Assembly: GCA_037916205.1 (NCBI GenBank)
Contig: JBAIXY010000179.1
Span: 1 to 39,310 of the forward strand
Direction of reading: 5' to 3'
Length of the DNA: 39,310 nt
DNA from: Vicinamibacterales bacterium
Lineage (GTDB): Bacteria; Patescibacteriota; Patescibacteriia; SG8-24
Under the pieces are notes generated by a model. It ran no database searches, had not been told where the DNA came from, and saw only the letters and a program-made list of their open reading frames with translations. This document shows, piece by piece, positions 35,306 through 39,310 of this stretch. Each line of letters begins with the position of its first letter. Positions within the stretch are counted from its first letter, which is position 1. Both the position numbers and the translations under genes were made by a program.

Positions 35306-35836
35306 ATGGAGAACGACCTCAAGAAGATCGACGAGTTCGTCCGCAAGGTGGACGAAATGAAGAAACAGGAGAAGATGGACCTGTCCTCGGACCAGGACCT
35401 TTCCATCGCCATCATGAACCTGGTCAGCATCGAGGAGCACTTTTTCTTCACCGGCGCCAAGACCGGCAAGACCGAGTACTTCGACCTGATCGCCCAGGTC
35501 CGTGAGATGCGCAAGGAGCTGCTCAAGAAGATCATCAAGGAATACGAGGGCGAGGTCTGGTGCATCTCCAAGCACCTGCTGGCCGCCTCGATGCGGCTGA
35601 TGGAGGTCGGCACCAAACAGCTGGGCCAGGGACGCAAGGACGAGGCTTACGGCCTCTTCGGCAAGGCCTACGATCTTTATTCGCTTTTCTGGGGGCTGAA
35701 CATGAAGCTGGTCAGTACCCAGGACATCAAGAAGATCGACGAACAGGCCCTGAACCGGCACGACGCGGAAAAGAAGGGGTTCTTCGGCAAGCTCGGCGAC
35801 CTGGTCAAAAAAGCGATCGACTGCTGCATCGAGTAG
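35306..35836 (+). CDS. 176-aa Lys/Glu-rich helical hypothetical protein ending in CCIE
   Basis: Clean ORF with strong G/C-ending codon bias and its own terminator. No family recognised. Confidence 0.75.
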   Translation: MENDLKKIDEFVRKVDEMKKQEKMDLSSDQDLSIAIMNLVSIEEHFFFTGAKTGKTEYFDLIAQVREMRKELLKKIIKEYEGEVWCISKHLLAASMRLMEVGTKQLGQGRKDEAYGLFGKAYDLYSLFWGLNMKLVSTQDIKKIDEQALNRHDAEKKGFFGKLGDLVKKAIDCCIE

Positions 35837-35845
35837 CGGCAACGG

Positions 35846-35880
35846 CCGTCCCGGCCCGGGGCTGGGACGGTTTTATTTTG
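35846..35880 (+). terminator. Rho-independent terminator
   Basis: Stem CCGTCCC (35846-35852) / GGGACGG (35864-35870) with extra inner GC pairs, followed by TTTTATTTT. Confidence 0.6.
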
Positions 35881-35923
35881 TCGGGTATAGTGAACTCATT
35901 GCGCATCAATTAGGCGCGCCTCT

Positions 35924-36424
35924 ATGGGCTGGATCTTCCCTTACGTAGTGCTCGTCGGCCTGATCGTTTTCATGGCCGTCCTGCGGCTGGCCATCTGGGC
36001 CGTGGAAAAGCGCAACGAGCGCTACCCCTTTGTCGCCAAAAAACATTTACTGAGCGAGCCGGAACAGCGCCTGTACACGGAACTGGTCCGCGAGTTCGGC
36101 GGCCGCTACGCCATCTGTCCGAAGGTCCATCTGCCGAGCGTCCTGGACGCGGTCGAGGAAGGCGCCGCCGGCCAGGCCCAGGTGAACCGCCTGATCCGCA
36201 AGGCCCTGGATTTCGTGATCTGCGACCGGGACGCCAACCGGACGCTCCTGGTCATCGAAATGGATGACTGGGCCCACGACCTGGAGAACCGGGTCGCGCG
36301 CGAGCAGTTCGTCGACAAGGCCCTGAACGCGGCCGGCATTCCGCTGCTGCGCCTCAAGACCAAGGACCTGGAACAGATCCTGGTGGTCACCGGCCAGATC
36401 GCCAGGAAGCTCGAGGGCAAGTGA
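35924..36424 (+). CDS. DUF2726 domain-containing protein with N-terminal TM anchor
   Basis: TM helix (IFPYVVLVGLIVFMAVLRLAIWAV), then DUF2726-like segments: LLSEPEQRLY, ICPKVHL, LDFVICDR and LLVIEMDDWAHD. Confidence 0.8.
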   Translation: MGWIFPYVVLVGLIVFMAVLRLAIWAVEKRNERYPFVAKKHLLSEPEQRLYTELVREFGGRYAICPKVHLPSVLDAVEEGAAGQAQVNRLIRKALDFVICDRDANRTLLVIEMDDWAHDLENRVAREQFVDKALNAAGIPLLRLKTKDLEQILVVTGQIARKLEGK

Positions 36425-36439
36425 CGGCCGTTCCCCGTG

Positions 36440-36461
36440 CCGCCGCTCCCGCGGCGGTTTT
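36440..36461 (+). terminator. Rho-independent terminator after the DUF2726 gene
   Basis: 7-bp stem CCGCCGC / GCGGCGG with a 4-nt loop, followed by TTTTAATAAAAA. Confidence 0.55.
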
Positions 36462-36484
36462 AATAAAAACTGACAGGATCCGGC

Positions 36485-37462
36485 ATGAAGCCTGACATCA
36501 AAGGTCTGCACCACGACCACATCGACGGCAGTCGGGCGGTCTTCGGCGTCATCGACGAACTGTACCGGCTGGCCGGCCGGGCGTTCCCGTTCCCGGACAA
36601 GCAGGCCTGGCTGGACTATTTCCGTAACCCCCAGGAGGACATCGTGGCCCGGTTCGCCACCATCACCGGGGTCCTGCAGACCGTCGAGGCGCTCGATCTC
36701 CTGGCCTATGAGTACGGCCGCCTGCGCGCCTCCGAGGGATACGGATATTGCGAGGGAAAGTTCGCGCCGCTCTACCACACGGCCGGCGGCCTGACGCCGT
36801 CCCGGGTCGTGGAGGCGGTGCGCGCCGGCCTGGGCCGGGCCGAGGCCGACTTCGGCATCCGCCTGTTGCCGGTCGTCTGCATCAACCGCGAGGTCTCGCC
36901 CGAGCAGGGCGTCGAGATCGCCAGGCTGGCGTTGGAATACGACGGCGGCGTAGCCCTGGACCTGGCCTGCGACGAGGCCCATAACCCGCCGGAGAAGCAC
37001 CTGCCGGCCTTCAAGCTGACCTACGGCACCAAAGTGAAGCGGGAATGCCACGCCGGCGAGTGGGTCCTGCCCGGGCCGGCCGCCGCCTATCGCCGGCGCC
37101 TGGTCAGGAACCTGCGGACGGCGCTTTTCGACCTTAAGGCTGACAGCGTCGGCCACGCCATACCGCTGGCCGACGAACCTGAGCTGATCGCTCATATCGC
37201 GGCCAAACGGATCCGCGTGACCGGCTGCCCGCTGTCCAATCTGTACTCCGGCCTGATCAAGGACGTCCGCGAACTGCGCATACCGGAGATTTTGGACCGC
37301 GGCGTTATCTACACCCTGAATCCGGACGACGACCTGTTCATGCCGCCGATGGCCGAGGTGCTCGAACAGTGCGACCAGGCCTTCGGCTTCACCGATGAGC
37401 AGCGCCGCCGGCTGGAAGAGAATGTCTGGCGCGGCGCTTTCGCCGCTGACGTCAGGAAATAA
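36485..37462 (+). CDS. Adenosine deaminase-family amidohydrolase, paralog 1
   Basis: LHHDHIDGS (HxH metal motif), CHAGEW (HAGE), VGHAIPL, and TLNPDDDLF in place of the usual TDDP. Order and spacing are as in the adenosine/AMP deaminase family. Confidence 0.85.
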   Translation: MKPDIKGLHHDHIDGSRAVFGVIDELYRLAGRAFPFPDKQAWLDYFRNPQEDIVARFATITGVLQTVEALDLLAYEYGRLRASEGYGYCEGKFAPLYHTAGGLTPSRVVEAVRAGLGRAEADFGIRLLPVVCINREVSPEQGVEIARLALEYDGGVALDLACDEAHNPPEKHLPAFKLTYGTKVKRECHAGEWVLPGPAAAYRRRLVRNLRTALFDLKADSVGHAIPLADEPELIAHIAAKRIRVTGCPLSNLYSGLIKDVRELRIPEILDRGVIYTLNPDDDLFMPPMAEVLEQCDQAFGFTDEQRRRLEENVWRGAFAADVRK

Positions 37463-37466
37463 AAAT

Positions 37467-37488
37467 CCGCCGCGTGTCCACGCGGCGG
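37467..37488. terminator. Shared hairpin between convergent genes (bidirectional terminator candidate)
   Basis: 8-bp stem CCGCCGCG / CGCGGCGG with a 6-nt loop. An A-rich tract lies upstream (giving a U-run for the minus-strand transcript) and a weak T tract lies downstream. Confidence 0.55.
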
Positions 37489-37501
37489 TCTTCGTTCCCG
37501 G

Positions 37502-38140
37502 TCAGGCGGCCAGGAACAGCCAGGTATCCGGTTCGTCGGTCTTGGCGCCGACGGGGTAGTAGCGCGTCAGGAAGGGGGCGAGCCGGGCCAGCCGTTCGAC
37601 GGCCGGCCGGTTGTTCCAGCAGGCCTGGCCGAAGAGCCAGCAGAGCAGGCCCCAGCAACCCTGGGCCAGCTGGCGGCCGAGCGCGGCGCCGGCGCACTGG
37701 ACGTAGGCCATTTCCAGGTCCCGGCCCATGGCCCGCCACAGACCGCCGGCGAACCGGCGGTTCTCCTCGGTCTCCCAGACCGGCGAATCCGCCGGCGACA
37801 GCATCGTCCAGATCGGCTGGCTGACGCTCGCGGCCACGGCCTCGGAGAAGCCGACGGCCATGGCCGCCTCGGCTGCTTCGTTCATCCACATGGCCGGGAT
37901 CAGGCGGCCGGCGATCGAGACGGTCAGCGTGCGGCCGGCGCGGCAGCGGAACAGGCCGTTGACCGCTGGCAGGGGGTCTGCGGCGATGATGCCGTCGGAA
38001 ATGCCCAGGTCGACCCGTCCGGCAATAGCGGCCTCGAAGATCGGCCGCGCCGCGGCCAGTGCCTCGTCCATCAGGATCGGGTCGGGGGCCATATCCACCA
38101 GCTTCTTCTGGACGCGCGACAGCCATTCTTTTCGGTCCAT
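37502..38140 (-). CDS. 212-aa Trp/Cys-rich hypothetical protein, unknown family
   Basis: The ATG at 38138-38140 has GGAGG 5 nt upstream. Strong G/C-ending codon bias on the minus strand. Contains a CWGLLCWLFGQACW segment. No family recognised. Confidence 0.7.
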   Translation of the reverse strand: MDRKEWLSRVQKKLVDMAPDPILMDEALAAARPIFEAAIAGRVDLGISDGIIAADPLPAVNGLFRCRAGRTLTVSIAGRLIPAMWMNEAAEAAMAVGFSEAVAASVSQPIWTMLSPADSPVWETEENRRFAGGLWRAMGRDLEMAYVQCAGAALGRQLAQGCWGLLCWLFGQACWNNRPAVERLARLAPFLTRYYPVGAKTDEPDTWLFLAA

Positions 38141-38194
38141 TGTGCCCTCCAAAAACGCATTTAAGGTGCGGTCTGCCCCGTTTTGGGACCGGGT

Positions 38195-38223
38195 AAAATA
38201 GCATTACGGCCCGCTTATGTCAA
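38195..38223 (-). promoter_or_regulatory. Promoter TTGACA-17-TATTTT for the 212-aa orphan
   Basis: Minus-strand consensus -35 (plus TGTCAA 38218-38223), exact 17-nt spacer, -10 TATTTT (plus AAAATA 38195-38200). Confidence 0.5.
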
Positions 38224-38251
38224 TCCGCCCTTGTCCGGCCGCGGCCGGTCT

Positions 38252-38280
38252 TTGACATTTCGAGGCCGACAGCCCAAAAT
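38252..38280 (+). promoter_or_regulatory. Promoter TTGACA-17-CAAAAT for deaminase paralog 2
   Basis: Consensus -35 at 38252-38257, 17-nt spacer, -10 at 38275-38280, 35 nt upstream of the ATG with its GGAGG SD. Confidence 0.5.
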
Positions 38281-38315
38281 GCGGTCAACGCCGCTCTTTT
38301 CATCAGGAGGTAACG

Positions 38316-39310
38316 ATGAAACCCGTGATCAGAGGCCTGCATCACGACCACATCGACGGCAGCACCGCGCTTGTCGGCATCATCGAGGAGCTCTACGCTC
38401 TGGCCGGCCAGCCGTTCCCGTTCCCGTCGATCGAGGCCTGGCGCGAATTCTTCCGCAACCCGTGGGAGAACATCGTCAAGCGTTTCTCCACGGTGACCTC
38501 GGTCATGCAGAGCGCCGAAGCCCTGCGCCGGGTCGGTTACGCCTACGGCTGCCACCGGGCGGACGAGGGCTACCTGTACGTCGAGGCCAAGTTCGCGCCG
38601 CAATACCACGTCTTCGGCGGGCTGAGCCTGTCCCAGGCCGTGGCCGCGATGTACGGCGGACTGAAGCAGGCCGAAAGCGAGCGGGGCATCCGCATCCTGC
38701 CCCAGGTCTGCATCGGCCGCGAGGTCTCGCCCGAGCAGGGCGTCGAGATCGCCAAGGTCGTTCTCGATTACGCCGGCGAGGTCGCCCTCGACCTGGCCTG
38801 CGACGAGGCCGGCCACCCGCCCGAGAAGCACCTGCCGGCCTTCAGGCTGACCTGGGGCTCGCCGGTGCGGCGCGACTGCCACGCCGGGGAGTGGGTGGAC
38901 AAGGAGCCGGTGGCGACCTACCGCCAGCGCCTGCTCCGGAACGTCCGCACCGCGGTGTTCGATCTGCGCTGCCACGGCATCGGCCACGCCATACCGCTGG
39001 CCGATGACCCGATGCTCGTGAGCTACGTCGCGGACACGGGCGTGCGCGTCGCCGGCTGCCCGGCATCGTACCTGTGCGGCGGCCTCATCTCCGATATCCG
39101 CGCCCTGCGGATCGACGAGCTGCTGGACCGCGGCGTCATCTACACGCTGAACAGCGACGACGACCTGTTCCTGCCGTCGATGAGCGAGGTCATCGAGGCC
39201 TGCGATCGCGCCTACGCCTTCACGGCCGACGAGCGGCGCAAGCTCGAGGCCAACGTCTGGCGCGGCGCCTTCGCCGCCGACGCGGCCAAGTACGTTCCCC
39301 AGCCCGCGGC
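38316..39310 (+). CDS. Adenosine deaminase-family amidohydrolase, paralog 2 (3' end beyond window); absent from the ORF track
   Basis: The ATG at 38316 has GGAGG 6 nt upstream. My translation is MKPVIRGLHHDHIDGS...CHAGEW...GHAIPL...LNSDDDLF...WRGAFAADAAKYVPQPA. It stays open to 39310 and is collinear with paralog 1. Confidence 0.85.
   Translation, partial: MKPVIRGLHHDHIDGSTALVGIIEELYALAGQPFPFPSIEAWREFFRNPWENIVKRFSTVTSVMQSAEALRRVGYAYGCHRADEGYLYVEAKFAPQYHVFGGLSLSQAVAAMYGGLKQAESERGIRILPQVCIGREVSPEQGVEIAKVVLDYAGEVALDLACDEAGHPPEKHLPAFRLTWGSPVRRDCHAGEWVDKEPVATYRQRLLRNVRTAVFDLRCHGIGHAIPLADDPMLVSYVADTGVRVAGCPASYLCGGLISDIRALRIDELLDRGVIYTLNSDDDLFLPSMSEVIEACDRAYAFTADERRKLEANVWRGAFAADAAKYVPQPA

Noticed and set aside
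38183-39007. 274-aa plus-strand ORF and 255-aa minus-strand ORF (38220..38987) offered by the track over the right end.
   Set aside because: Both translations are Arg/Gly/Pro-rich nonsense. The frame starting at 38316 gives a clean adenosine-deaminase-family protein collinear with 36485..37462. It was simply omitted because it has no stop inside the window.
36485-39310. Calling the deaminase pair a RADAR system.
   Set aside because: RADAR RdrB is a much larger protein paired with the RdrA ATPase. No ATPase is present, and these proteins are ordinary-sized (about 325 aa) ADA-fold enzymes. The resemblance is kept only as background to a weaker hypothesis.

Overview
This is a GC-rich, very densely coding bacterial chromosomal window with about 45 CDS. 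It uses the standard genetic code: TGA, TAG and TAA all end recognisable genes. I found no rRNA, tRNA, CRISPR array, transposase or integrase.

Layout:
- The left two thirds are mostly housekeeping genes. They include a SEDS FtsW/RodA protein, L25, a DUF3048 protein, a prepilin-like protein, a minus-strand rpmE-prfA-(sugar nucleotidyltransferase)-prmC operon, and rpsB-tsf.
- A lower-glycolysis run follows: gap-pgk-eno-gpmI-gpmI, interleaved with a metallophosphoesterase and a SIMPL protein. Then come mutM and a prepilin-headed multi-domain membrane protein.
- An envelope block follows: PAP2, a ManC-like gene, an HExxH orphan, mltG, two DUF2207-type genes, a CoA-binding protein and an SdpI-like protein.
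- The right part (30.8-39.3 kb) looks more accessory. It holds a terminator-bounded three-gene orphan cassette, a DUF1059 mini-gene, a small membrane protein plus a UvrD/PcrA helicase, a helical orphan, a membrane-anchored DUF2726 protein, and two adenosine-deaminase-fold paralogs bracketing an opposite-strand orphan.

The gene content resembles Patescibacteria/CPR: many prepilin-like and tiny membrane orphans, DUF2207, a short EF-Ts, and lower glycolysis only. This is inference only.

Two real genes are missing from the supplied ORF track: DUF1059 at 32516-32695 and the second deaminase at 38316 to the window end. Many long ORFs in the track are antisense or out-of-frame artefacts of the GC-rich sequence.

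Best novelty candidates:
- the deaminase/orphan module (36.5-39.3 kb);
- the three-gene cassette (30.9-32.4 kb);
- the prepilin/CarboxypepD_reg fusion (21.4-23.3 kb);
- the gluzincin-like orphan (25.0-25.9 kb).

None of these can be assigned a function from sequence alone.
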